Both the position numbers and the translations under genes were made by a program. A stretch of 64,000 nt of DNA from Octopus sinensis (taxonomy: Eukaryota). The notes below the pieces were generated by a model. The model was not told the DNA's origin and did not search any database. It saw only the letters and a list, made by a program, of their open reading frames with translations. Below are positions 12,176 through 24,909 of this stretch, one piece after another (position 1 is the first letter of the stretch; each line of letters opens with the position of its first letter). The stretch lies in NCBI RefSeq assembly GCF_006345805.1, contig NC_043000.1:21018001-21082000 (forward strand), given 5' to 3'.

Positions 12176-13241
12176 TGCATTTCTAAGCAGTACAATTTAA
12201 GTTTACATAAGAGACCATATTATTTCACGCATGACACAACAATGATTACAGTATTTGCTGGTCAGTTACTTGACATGACAGTTTGACAATGATGGCTCCT
12301 CAACAGAACCACCAGTAGCTTAAACTCCTCATTAGCCTAAACTCCATCCCTTCTGTATATACAGAAACAGACCTTTTATTCTGTTAGTCACATCTGAACT
12401 ATGCTTAAAAGGTAAGTGGGAACAGAGCCAACACAAAATACCAGGTTCCTTTTAACTTTCCCATATAAGACAATCACTCTTGTGGATAAAGTGCACCCAG
12501 CTCCTGGTGTTAAATTGTTAGTGACAGGAACAATATTCTATTGTAAAAACCTACCAACAATAATGAGATACACAACTAAAAAGTTGGCCATTTTCTCCTT
12601 TGTTGTGTGTGTCAGGTGCTAAAGGCCATGTTAACAAAACAAAAAACAGAGTCAGGTGACAAGATGAAAGATCTTAGTGAGTAGCTTGGCAAGACAAAGA
12701 CAACACTTGGTGATATGGTAAACAAATCACCAGGTGGTGTAGTAATATGAGTTTCTTTCAGTTTCCATCTCTCAAATCCACCCGTAAGGCTTTAGTCAGC
12801 CCAGGTAGATGGTAGAAGACACTAGCCCAAGGTATTGTGCAATGGGACCAAACCCCAAATCCAGCAGTTGAGAAGCAAGCTTCTTAACCACACAGCCACA
12901 CCCTTCTGTATCCTTCAATCATACTGCACAATACCTGGGGTAAGTACCTGCTACCATGCTTTTGATCAAAATTTGGTAGAGAAAAACTGTGCAAGCCCTT
13001 AGGATGGATGTTCCAGTTCTTGGATAATAAACTTAATTTTTTGCCTCGTTTATCACCACTGACTGGGCCTTTGGGGGTTCTTCAGTGGAATGCACTCTGT
13101 TGCAAGCATTTGGGCCCCATTTCCATCATAGGATAACTTTCTCCTGTCTTCCTACCGGTCAGAGAAACCATAAAAAAGGGTCATGCGCACTACCTCTTCC
13201 CTGCCAAGCTTTTACAAAAAAAAAACCCAGTTGTTACTCAC

Positions 13242-13718
13242 CTCAGTAGTAGTAGATTCACCGAGTAGCTTTACTTTTGATGAATTGACTTCTCGTAATG
13301 ATTTCAGACTCAACCTGGACAACTGACTCGGTTGAACTTTCATTTGTGATGGATTTGTCGTTGTAACGTAATTAGCAGAATTATATTTGAGACCACTTCC
13401 AGGCTGTAACTGGGAATGGTTATTAGAAACAGAATTATATTGTTGGACGGTTTGACTATGTACAGGCAGACTTTCTCCTTTTTCAGGTAGCAAGATGTTA
13501 GTCCTTGAATTGGATCCAGCATGAACACTTTTACTAGAACTGCCTCTACTGGAAGTAGCACTACTTGTGTGTGAACGAGAATTCCCTAGTTTCACATGTG
13601 TTTTCCCTCTTTCTTCATCACTGTCACTCAAAACAAAATCATCTTCTGGTTTTGCCCCTCGAGCAGAATACAGTAGATCCCCTAAACCCCCTTTTACTTT
13701 GCCGCCAGACTGCACTCT
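13242..13718 (-). CDS. CFAP20DC: CFAP20DC coding exon 14 (Ser-rich; RVQSGGKVK...QPSQLSRLSLKSLREVN...TTTE)
   Basis: ORF 13212..13715; ctttatag acceptor, gtgagt donor, 477 nt, phase 0/0. Confidence 0.82.
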
Positions 13719-14007
13719 CTATAAAGACAATAAATTTAAGAGAAAAAAAAGAGCAATAAAACATTTAATTTTGTAAGAAGAGTGTTGTAGTTTGTTTGAA
13801 GCATTGTAGTACAGAAATAGAAAAATTAATGAAATAAGAAATTAGGAAAATTCTAACGATGCAGAAAGATTAAAAAGAAAAAAATTATATTCCAGGTGCA
13901 AAAGCTTCATTAGAAGCTTTCCTTATTTCTCATTTTGTAGAATTTAATTTTGTAGAATGATTTCCCATTAATTGGTTGCATGGTTCAAGAAGTGGTGTAT
14001 CTATTTT

Positions 14008-14406
14008 GCTGCTGCTGCTGTTGTTGCTGTTGAGCGAACGGTCTTCGTCCCAGAGCTCGCAAGATGGGAGAAGTCCGAAACATGATTTTTTGCTATTCGT
14101 AAGACCCGCAGAAGAGAAAGCAGGTCAACCCCCGACACCGAGAGCATCGATGGATGGATGGATGAATGTGCGTCCAGGCTCAGCAATTGCATAGGAAGTT
14201 GGGGACAAGAAATAGGGAAAAAGAGTGAGAGAAAGTTGGGGTGAAAGAGTACAACAGGGGTCGCCACCACCCCCTGCCGGAGCCTCGTGGTGCTTTAGGT
14301 GTGCTTTCGCTCAATAAACACACACACAACGCCCGGTCTGAGAATCGAAACTGCAATCTTCCAACCACGAGTCTGCTGCCCTAACCACTGGGCCATTGCA
14401 CCTCCA
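14008..14406 (-). mobile_element. SINE family C with a second tail type ending in (CAA/CAG)n
   Basis: Head and body as at 8310-8503; different 3' 190 bp. Confidence 0.75.
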
Positions 14407-15264
14407 CTGCTGCTGCTACGGCTACTGCTACTACTTCGCCACCACTGCCATCATCATCATTTTACTATCCACTGTCCATGGTCGATGTCTTCTTGGATCT
14501 CCCTCTTCCACAAATCCCTCCACTTAGTGATCAGCACTTCTTTTAAAATGGATTATTATATACTTTGGAAATGTATTCAAAGGAAAACATATAATGTGAA
14601 GAAAGCACACAATTTATTAAAATTGTGTGCTTCCTACATATTATATTTTACCTTTGAATGCATTTCCAAAATATATAATAATCCATTTTAAAAGAAGTGC
14701 CATTCACTTTAAGTGTGTGTGTGTGGGGGGGGGGGGTTGTAGAAGAGCGAGACCCAGGAAGATAGGGGACAAAGTACTGAAGGCCGATCTCAAAATGCTG
14801 AGCCATATGAAGAAGGTGACAGAGGACCAAGAGATGTAGTACACTGCTGTAACCAAGAAGACTCGCCCACCACAAGAGAACTGAGATCCTAAAACCAGGG
14901 TCCATGTAAAAAGTGCTGGTGATGGTGCCCTGTAAAAAGCACCCAGTACACTCTGTAAAGTGGTTGGCATTAGGAAGGGCATCCAGCTGCAGAAACCAAA
15001 CCAAAACAGACTATGGAATCTGGGGCAGCCCTTAGCCTTAACATCTCCTGTCAAGCCATCTAATTCATGCCAGTATAGAAGACAGATGTTAAAAGTTGAT
15101 GATGATGATGAATTTAATTGTATATTTATATTAATAAAAGATATTTTGTTTATAATTTATCATCAACATTTACTGGTATTGTTCCATGCTGGCTTGGATT
15201 GGATAGTTTGATAGGATCTGATGAGTTCGAGGACTGCATTATGCTCCAATGCTTATTTTGGCAT

Positions 15265-15630
15265 CTGTATATATAAAAGGCAGGATGTGTGTGTGTGTGT
15301 GTGCATGAATGTTATTTATGCACATCTACAAATTAGCACACATGTCGCTCCAATTTTAGGACATGCATTATGACCCTAGCTGTATTTTCGTCAACTTATT
15401 TTTCCCAGAGGCACCAGCGAATAGCAGTAAAAATAAATTTTCAACCAAAACTTTTAACAATTTTCAAGTCGGAGAAATCACCATTGTTTGCAAACAGGAG
15501 TTAAGTCCCTTCTAGCGACGAGTAAGTTTTTGTTAAGACTTTTTTTGTTTTTTTTCATCGATGAAAAAAGTGTTTTGGTGATATATGGGCAACACACACA
15601 TGTATGCAATAGGTGTACGTACATATGTGT

Positions 15631-15669
<39 letters not shown>

Positions 15670-15808
15670 GCCCATATATATATAAACCAATTTCAACGGA
15701 TTTCGCCCAAATTTGTCATGGATGTTACTTAGTTTGATTTGAAATAAAGAACTTGATTAGCTTAATAATCCTAAATTAATCCTGGGCAAAGCCGGGTTAT
15801 ACTGCTAG
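15265..15808 (-). mobile_element. Non-autonomous Helitron-like element
   Basis: Starts CTAGCAGTATAACCCGG with a hairpin and ends (CA)n-CCTTTTATATATA; similar to 53905. Confidence 0.5.
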
Positions 15809-16911
15809 GAGTTTCTAAAGCTGGGTGCCTTTCTTAATGCTAACCACTTTATAGCTGGTACTCATTATTTATTTTTTTTGTTTAGCTTTGTGACACCAGC
15901 ACTCATGAGCCACAACATAGCTTACAAAACAGAGATCCCCTCCCATTGAGTGGGACTGCAGTACCAAAAGAAGGAGAGGGGGGCAGCTTTATGCTAGGAG
16001 ATGAGAGGTTAAAATCTGAGAGAAAGGACCAGAACAAGTTTCTTGTCCTAGAGAAGCTACCTACCTACTCATGTTATCGGCACTGGATTAACCATTAAGC
16101 AAAATAAGCACACACTTAGGTCATAAATGGAGGGGGGGCACCACAGAAATGGTAAATGGTTAACAGCACAAAAGAAATCACTTTAAACTTGCTAAAATAA
16201 TATTTGAAGTGGTTTATATGATTAGAAATATAATTCCAATGTATTCATGGTGTCATAGTGAGGATCTGATTGAAGACTTTGCAGTTAAGAAAAAAGTAGG
16301 AGAAAACTTTACAAATATAGATAAAGTGGAAGAACACAAAAATAAACATTATTTTCCATCATAATGTTAGTTATTTCTTTTATGTTTTATTATCGTTTGT
16401 ACTTTGAATTATATATGGGGGCATCAAAACCTTTTAAGAGCTTAGGGTCTCTATGGGTCTTGATCCACCCCTGAATATTATAGAAGAGTAGGTGAGAGTG
16501 ACTAAGGTGGAGCTGGAAATAGAAATACTGGTGATGAGATTTCAGGGTGGACCCTCAAGCTACAAGGAGTGAGTATATCGCAAGAGTGTAGGGGTAGATA
16601 CAGACAAGTGCATGGGGAGAGTGAATGATGTATGGCAGTGGAAAAGGGGAGATAATTTGGTGGCTCATGTGGGTGATCAATGTAAAATGTGGGTGGAGAG
16701 AGGATAGTATTATGGATGAAAGATGGATATCTAGCATTTTCAATAAGCTAATGAATTATTTTTCATTTGGTACATCTATTGATATGCAAATTAGACCAGT
16801 GAATAAAATGATTGTTGAGTAGAAGATAAAAGGACAATCTTTAAAATTTAATCTCAAAATGTATTAAATGTTTCATGTAGAAACTTCAAACAATATAGTC
16901 AACCAACTTAC

Positions 16912-17017
16912 CCCAGCACTGTCATTTTCCTGAACTGGTGAATGACTATACTTAGGAGCTGATTTGGGTGAAGATGTAAACAAATAAACATAATCACCTT
17001 GGTCGGAATTTTCTCCT
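16912..17017 (-). CDS. CFAP20DC: CFAP20DC coding exon 13 (RGENSDQGDYVYLFTSSPKSAP...SAG)
   Basis: ttattatag acceptor, gtaagt donor, 106 nt, phase 2/0. Confidence 0.82.
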
Positions 17018-17301
17018 CTATAATAAAAACAGAAGAAATAACACAAGTTCATGATTAACTGTACAAATAGTTTAATGTTTCGAGTGTCAGTATAAATATT
17101 GTGTAGTAGTAAATAAATGTACCATGAAATCTCTGTCTTCTGAGATAAAAAAAAAAACAATTGATTTTATATAAGGTTAATCAAATCAAAATTTAACATT
17201 TATTTTGAAGCCTGGAAACTTATTCTGCTGGTCTCTTTTGCCATAACACTAAGTTACCAAAGACAAGGACATAAATAAACCAACAGTTTAGTTTGTAAAA
17301 G

Positions 17302-17532
17302 GCGGTGAGCTGGCAGAAATGTTAGCATGCCGGGCAAAATGCTTAGCGGTATTTCGTCTGCCGTTACATTCTGAGTTCAAATTCTGCCGAGGTCGACTTT
17401 GCCTTTCATCCTTTTGGGGTCGATAAATAAAGTACCAGTTACACACTGGGGTCGATGTAATTGACTTAATCCCTTTGTCTGTCCTTGTTTGTCCCCTCTA
17501 TGTTTAGTCCCTTGTGGGCAATAAAGAAATAA
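17302..17532 (+). mobile_element. SINE family B (other copies at about 27890, 29570, 29960, 31015, 61790, 62953)
   Basis: GGCGGTGAGCTGGCAGAAA head, GAGTTCAAATT B-box, GTGGGCAATAAAG tail. Confidence 0.85.
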
Positions 17533-17969
17533 AAACAAACCAACAGTGTTTGTCAAGCAGTGGCTCAATAAACACACACACACACACACACACACACAGC
17601 AGCTCAAATTAGATCAAGCAGACTCAATATGAAAGGCACTCCATCAGTGACGATCCCATTTATTTTTAGGTACAGTGCATTCTCCATAATGTCCACCTTT
17701 ATTTAAGGTTTTAAAATTTGGCTGTGTTTTTGAGCAGCTTGAGCAACAGCAAAGCGGTTACCTTTTTGATAATTATCCACATCATCAATTACTGTCCATT
17801 TTCCATTCTGGCATAGATTTAGGGTATACTAATAATATTGGAGGTGGTCACTATCAACATTTCAAGCTGGAAATAGTTGGGTTCTTTTGGTCAAAGGGAA
17901 CACTGCTAAGAAAGAGATATCCTACTATAGTTAAATGTTGCTACTACATCTCATCTTTATTTTCCTTCT

Positions 17970-18372
17970 TACTCTTTTACTTGTTTCAGTCATTTGACTG
18001 TGGCTATGCTGGAGCACCGCCTTTAGTCAAGCAAATCAACCCCAGGACTTATTCTTTGTAAGCCTAGTACTTATTCTATCGGTCTCTTTTGCTGAACCGC
18101 TAAGTTACGGGGACGTAAACACACCAGCATCGGTTGTCAAGCGATGTTGGGGGAACAAACTTAGACACACAAACACACACACACACACATATATACATAT
18201 ACATATATATGACGGGCTTCTTTCAGTTTCCGTCTACCAAATCCACTCACCAGGCTTTGGTCAGCCTGAGGCTATAGTAGAAGACACTTGCCCAAGGTGC
18301 CATGCAGTGGGACTGAACCTGGAACCATGTGTTTGGTAAGCAAGCTACTTACCACACAGCCACTCCTGCGCC
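17970..18372 (-). mobile_element. SINE family A, full length (other copies at about 7150, 7655, 8835, 12755, 19780, 21995, 23590, 24435, 47860, 56705, 62125)
   Basis: Complete head, internal (CA)/(TA) linker and tail. Confidence 0.85.
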
Positions 18373-18683
18373 TATAATCATAATGTTTTCACTGATCTTT
18401 CAGTCATCATTACCTAGAATCCTGAAGGTGCCTTTAACTGGTCATTTAACCTGCTAATAATAGCAGCCAAATATCTTTTAACTACATCCAATTGTATTAA
18501 AATAAAAGAATACATTGGATAATGTTGTTTTTGGATGCTAAGCTTGGAATAAAGGTGGGATCGTCATGGTTAGAATGCTTTTGATTAGGGGCAACTAGGG
18601 GCTAAATAACAACAAATTAAGTAGTACAATCCAAGATAGAGCCACAAACAGTGGTGAAGATGATGAAAGTATTGCTGTCTTAC

Positions 18684-18816
18684 CTGATTCCATCTTCATT
18701 ATCTCTTGGTTCGTTATGTTCATCAATATATTGATTAACATCACTGGTGTCTATATTTAGATCATTTCTGTCCTTTAACATTGCAATGATGGCCGACAGG
18801 GATTCATCCATCTCAA
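18684..18816 (-). CDS. CFAP20DC: CFAP20DC coding exon 12 (VEMDESLSAIIAMLKDRND...EDGI)
   Basis: cactcctag acceptor, gtaaga donor, 133 nt, phase 1/2, open frame. Confidence 0.78.
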
Positions 18817-18864
18817 CTAGGAGTGAAAATAAGAAATAAAATTACATCTCATGTTTAACAGGAA

Positions 18865-18902
<38 letters not shown>

Positions 18903-19003
18903 ATAATAATAATAATAATAATATTAGGGATTATAACTCCAAACTTACAGGGAAAAATTCAATTTAGTACTAAATCAACATTATAGTGGTTTTATCTCTA
19001 ATT

Positions 19004-19042
<39 letters not shown>

Positions 19043-19676
19043 TATACATATAGACAAAATGAGAAGGCCAACCAAAGCCTTGTAAGAGATGACTATAAAT
19101 CTATAAATGCTTTCAAAATTTCGAAATCAATTTTTTTGCCAAATTAATTTTCAACTGAACATTTGGCTTTCAATCTATAACAAGTTTGCTCTGCAGCCAC
19201 ATGGTTCCAGCCTATGCTTTTTATGCACCGTTCGCTTATATGAGGAGGATCTCTCAAACCTGATAATGCAGTATTTGATGTTCTAACAAGTCATCTACAT
19301 TAAGGTGAATACAATTATTGCCTTTTGGTACTAATTGTGCTTCTTTTGCTAATAATTTTTAATAAACCTGCTGGCTATTTGTGACATCAGTGCCTGGAAA
19401 GATGCTGATATTTTATATATTGAGGCAGTGAGATTTGACATGTATGTGGCCACAAGACACCTCCCACTGCTGAGGTCCAGTGAAATCACATAAGGGAATT
19501 TTAGGGCCCATAACAGATGATTTTTGTCTGGTATGATTTATGTCCATGCACCAAGCACCTATATGAAAGGATCTCTCACGGCTAATAATGTAGTATTCAG
19601 CATTTCACAAGACAACCATGTTAAATTGGATATAGAAATTGCCATTCAATATTAATACTACTTCCCTCCCTAATAA

Positions 19677-19721
<45 letters not shown>

Positions 19722-20432
19722 CATTGCCCCAGCATGGCCACAGCCTCGTGACTAAAATATCTAAAAGAATATAATGTATTCTTTTATTCTTTTAGTTGTC
19801 TCAGTCATTTGACTGCGGCCATGCTGGAGCACTGCCTTGAAGGATTTTCATTGAACAATTCAATCCAAGGACTTATTACTTTAAGCCCAGTACTTACTCT
19901 ATCAGTCTCTTTTGCTGAACTCCTAAGTTACAAGGATGTACACACACCAACACTGGTTGTCAAGCGGTGAGAGTGGGGACAAATAGACACAAAGATACAT
20001 ACATATATATATATATACACACACACATATATTATAAATATATATATATATATATATATATACAATGGATTTCTTTCAGTTTTCATCTCCTAAATCCACT
20101 CACAAGTCTTTGGTCAGCCCAAGTCTATAGAAGACACTTGCCCAAGGTGCCATGCAGTGGGACCTTGGGCAAGTGTATAATGGTGGATTTTGACACAGTT
20201 TACATCTACTAAATCCTCTTGCAAGGCTTTGGTTGGCCAGGGCTACAGGAGACACTTGGTCAAGGTACTGCACAGTGCGACTGAACCCAATGCTATGTGG
20301 TTGTGATGCAATCTTCTTAACCACACCATAGAATGTCTGCACCTTCATAGAATGTATGTTAAATAAATTTTTAGCCAACTCCTCTCCTGACAATCTTTAC
20401 ATTTTTTTTTTTTCAAATTCTGTTAAGTTTAG

Positions 20433-21284
20433 CCCCTTAATGGATTATCCTGAATTTACTCGTGCATTGCAAATGTATCTTTTTAGAACCAGACGTGTAT
20501 ACTTGGTCAAAATTAACTTTTAATTTTAGCACTCAAACGAGTTTATTTGTTTTGTGTCATTTCATTTTTGAGCAATCATGAATTTACTAGCGTTGTTTAA
20601 AAAAAATAGGTATTTTTTTTTTATTTGATGGATTTGGCTATCTGGAATACTTATGTTTTGTATAAAGCATCTTTGGAAACTTCAGCTACTATGAAACCGC
20701 TAAAATTTAGAGTGCAAATAATCACCAAGATTATTGAAAAATATAGGCCCTTATTGTCTCCCATGAAACCAAGAAGACCATCATCGATCCCACATCCAAC
20801 AAGATTTGCCCCAGCTGGTCATTTTCCCATGGAAATACCACCAAGTGATAAGAAAAAGAACCCTACAAGATAGTGTGCAAAATGCACAGAGAAGAGAGAC
20901 GCTAAAGGAAAGAAGATTCGAAGAGGAAGCAGATACATGTGTGATTTCTGTAAGATAACTTTGTGTGAAACTCTTTGTTTTAAAAATTATCATTCTAAAT
21001 AAACTGTCTATCTCATTTTTTAAAAATGTTCCTTTGATTTAAAAGCAATACATCCCATAAAAAATCGAAGATAGTTAAGTTATATGTATTTTTTCAATGT
21101 CCGAGTTAACTCGTTTAAATCCAAATGAGTAAAAGTACATTTTAATTTCTATAATAAAAAATAAAGGAAACAAGATAAAAAAACAACTTTTTTAAAAATT
21201 AACAGTGTATATAATTAAAAAAGGAAATAAAAAAATATTCTCTGAAATGAAACACCATGTCAAAATAATTGATCCATTAAGGGG
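20433..21284 (+). mobile_element. Internally deleted piggyBac retaining only the transposase C-terminus with its Cys-rich domain
   Basis: TIR CCCCTTAATGGAT / ATCCATTAAGGGG; TTAG and TTAA flanks; ...GHFPMEIPP..NPTR*CAKC...SRYMCDFCKITLCETLCFKNYH. Confidence 0.85.
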
Positions 21285-21338
21285 TTAACACAATACCTAA
21301 CAGAGAACAATATTAAATCAGGAACAAAAAGCATTTAC

Positions 21339-21884
21339 CTGGTTTGCGTGGCAACTGAGTATCAGGCTCATCACACTCTGTTGGTTTTTCTTTAGAAACA
21401 GACTGAGCTTGGTGTTTGTTCTGTCGTTTATTATCAACATTTCTTTTCACTTTTGTCGTATTAGAATTCAAACTGTTTGCATGGCTGCCATTTTCATTTT
21501 TTATATCTTGACCTTGATTTAAAGAAGTTCTTTGTTGTTGCGTACTCTTTTTTGAGCTTTCTTTTATTTTGCTACCCTGTTGAAAATCAGGACTTTTGCT
21601 ATTTTTATTAATTCCTTTTGTTTCTCTCAAACCCTTATGGAGATTTTGATCTTTCATGGAAGAATTCTTCAGTCTAGAACTTGATCCATTTTGAGACACA
21701 TTACATAACTCTGAATTATTTACACTCAACATAAGGTCTTCACCAAGAATAATATTTGTTGCTCCATCTGAGCTGGCACTATTGGATTGTCTGTCTGAAC
21801 TTGTACTCTTTACACGAATTTTTCTTCGATTTTTTTCCGTAGAAGGCTCTCGGGGTGGATGTGGCTTAAAAAGCATAGAAGTAC
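21339..21884 (-). CDS. CFAP20DC: CFAP20DC coding exon 11 (TSMLFKPHPPREPSTEKNRRKIRVKSTS...LPRKP)
   Basis: ORF 21313..21876; ttaatcag acceptor, gtaaat donor, 546 nt, phase 1/1. Confidence 0.85.
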
Positions 21885-23818
21885 CTGATTAAAAAAAAAT
21901 ATTCAAATGATGAGACAAACATGGAAAACATTTACTAGAATATTTGAGTCCTACTGATAACAGATACTTCCTTTTCAATACACTTTAATCTTTAATCTTT
22001 TACTTGTTTCAGTCGTTTGATTGTGGCCATGCTGGAGCACCACTTTAAAGGGTTTTAGTGGATCAGATGGATCCCAGTACTTATTTTTAAAGTTTGATAC
22101 TTATTCTATCAGTCTCTTTCACTAGACCACTAAGTTACAAGGATGTAAAAAAAAACAATACCAGCTGTCGAGTGATGTAATAGGGAGGACAACTAGACAT
22201 GAAAGAAACAAACACAGACACTCACATAAACATAGGTTGTAGAAATTAAAAAAACAAACACAATGACAAAATAAAAACAGAGTGTGCCCAGGAAAAGAGA
22301 GGGAAAAGTTGTTTATGTTTGAGCATACACTCTTCTGCAGAAAGAGTAGATGAGAAAAGAAAAACAATAGAGAAAAGGACAAATGTGTCTCAATCAGATG
22401 GTCAACGCATACTGAAATGACCAGAAAAAGAAGCGACTAAAGGTGTGAGTGGCAAGGGGGACAACTGTGAAACCAGCATATGTGTATGTGTGAGCAAGCA
22501 TTCATATGTATTTATACTCTGAGTATTTGTGCATGTGTATATAGTGCATGCACACATGCACATATAAGTGTCCATGTTTTCTCTGTATGTGTTTGAGGAT
22601 ATCAGACATATGTATCATCATCATCATCATTCTTTAACATCTATTTTCCATGCTGGCATGGATTGGAAGGTTTAACCCAGAGCTGGCAAGCTGGAGAGCT
22701 GCACCAGGTTCCGGTCTGATTTGGCTTGGTTTCTACAGCTGGATGCCTTTCCTAAGGCCAACCATTTTTCAGTGTGTGCCACATGCTTTTAACATGGCAC
22801 CACATGAGTGCTGCCGCATGGCACTAACATGAGTGCTTTTTATGTGGCACCAGAACAGGACATTTTACATGGCACTGGCACACTTTTTATGTGACACCGG
22901 CACATATTTTTTATGTGGCACCAGCACATACATATATGTAGCTATCTGATGTGTGTGTGTGTGTGTGTGAGTCCTATGAAGTTATTGTGTGTTCATGCAA
23001 GTGTGTATATGTGTGTGTTTGTGTGTCCTTGTTTTCCCTTTATGTGTGTGTATGAGACTATCGGTCGTGTATGTCATGTATGTGTTTGTGTGTGTGTGTG
23101 AAGCTACTGTTTGCATGTGTATTGTGTGTGTGTGTGTGTGTGTGTCTATTTTCAGTTTGTGTATGTGTTTACAAATTATTACACAATGTATGCATATGAA
23201 CATGTGCAAGAACACGTGTCTATAAAGCTGTAGTGTGCTTGTGTAAATGTGTGTGTGTGTGTGTGTAAGTCTGTTTTCTGCTTGTGTGTGTGTGTATGCA
23301 GATGTTATGTGTGTCATACTGGATAGAGGTGTCAGGTGGAAAAAGTGGTTGGTGTTGGGAATTGCAGGTGTATTGTTATTAACCTGCTACTATAAGTGTG
23401 AAGACAGGTAGCACAAGGGACTGTGATGGAAGTGTGGGTGCTGGTGTGTGTGAAGTAGGATGGAGTGAATGTGTGTAGGTGTATGCTGTTTGAACATAAA
23501 TGGTATGTGTGATGTTGAGTAACAAGTTATATGGCAGGTTTCCATCAGCCAAAATCATTCACAAGACATTAGTCAGCCATGGACTATACTCTCTTTTACT
23601 CCTTTACTTGTTTCAGTCATTTGACTGTGGCCATGCTGAAGCATTGCCTTTAGTCGAGCATATCGACCCTAGGACTTATTCTTTGGAAGCCTAGTACTTA
23701 TTCTATCAGTCTCTTTTGCCGAACCGCTAAGTTACGGGGACGTAAACACACCACCATCGGTTGTCAAGTGATGTTGAGGGGGGGGAGGGGACAAACACAG
23801 ACACACAAACATATACAC

Positions 23819-23864
<46 letters not shown>

Positions 23865-24017
23865 GACAGGCTTCTTTCAGTTTCTGTCTACCAAATCCAC
23901 TCACAAGGCCCTGGTCGGCCCGAGGCTATACTAGAAGACACTTGCCCAAGGTGCCACGCAGTGGGTCAATAAATTAGTTAAAATAACTAACACACAGAAT
24001 GTGTTGACTACAAAAAT

Positions 24018-24237
24018 TTAACCCTTTAGCATTCAGATTCCTCTGTCAAAAGTAATGCTTATTTATTCACATTGTTTAGAATTCATCATGCATTATCTCA
24101 TAGCTTTGAGATTTTGACTTGATTGGTTGTTTTAAGAATGACAATGTCAGGTAGATGTGAGAGGCTGGATCTGGCCAGTTCGAACATAAAATAGAATAAT
24201 TGGGCCAGATATAGATGGTTTAAATGCTAATGAATTA
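24018..24237. mobile_element. TTAA-flanked piggyBac-type MITE, degenerate
   Basis: TTAACCCTTTAGCATT at left; AATGCTAATGAATTAA at right. Confidence 0.5.
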
Positions 24238-24246
24238 ACAACTCAC

Positions 24247-24295
24247 CAGTAATTTTGGATGAGGTAGACTGGACATTTTTCTCCACAGATAATCG
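24247..24295 (-). CDS. CFAP20DC: CFAP20DC coding exon 10 (RLSVEKNVQSTSSKIT)
   Basis: ttattattag acceptor, gtgagt donor, 49 nt, phase 0/1; supplies the phase change needed between exons 9 and 11. Confidence 0.7.
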
Positions 24296-24909
24296 CTAAT
24301 AATAAAAAAGACAAAAGGAAATTAGATGATGAAACAGTGTTGATAATGCACTTTCAATCATGTTCTTTTATTCTTTTCCTGATTAATTCTCATATTTTCA
24401 TAATCTCTATTTATTCTTACGGACCTTACATATTCTTTACTCTTTTACTTGTTTCAGTCATTTGACTGTGGCCATGCTGGAGCACCATCTTTAGTCGAGC
24501 AAATCGACCCCAGGACTTATTCTTTGTAAGCTTAGTACTTATTCTATTGGTCTCTTTTGCTGAACTACTAAGTTACGGGGACGTAAACACACCAGCATCG
24601 GTTGTCAAGCGATGTTGGGGGGGGGGAACAGACACACAAACACACAAACATACACACACACACACATATATAGGTATATATACATATATATACAATGGGC
24701 TTCTTTCAGATTCTGTCTACCAAATCCACTCACAAGGTTTTGGTCGGCTTAACGCTATAGTAGAAGACACTTGCCCAAAGTGCCATGCAGTAGGACTGAA
24801 CCCGGAACCATGTGGTTCGTAAGCAAGCTACTTACCACACAGCCACTCCTACACCTATTACTTATTCTCATTCTTTAATAATTCTTGTTCTTACTTATTC
24901 TTATGTTCT

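Noticed and set aside
16079-16475. Possible hAT-type MITE (GCACTGGATT ... GATCCACCCCTG)
   Set aside because: Ends too degenerate and no clear 8-bp TSD.
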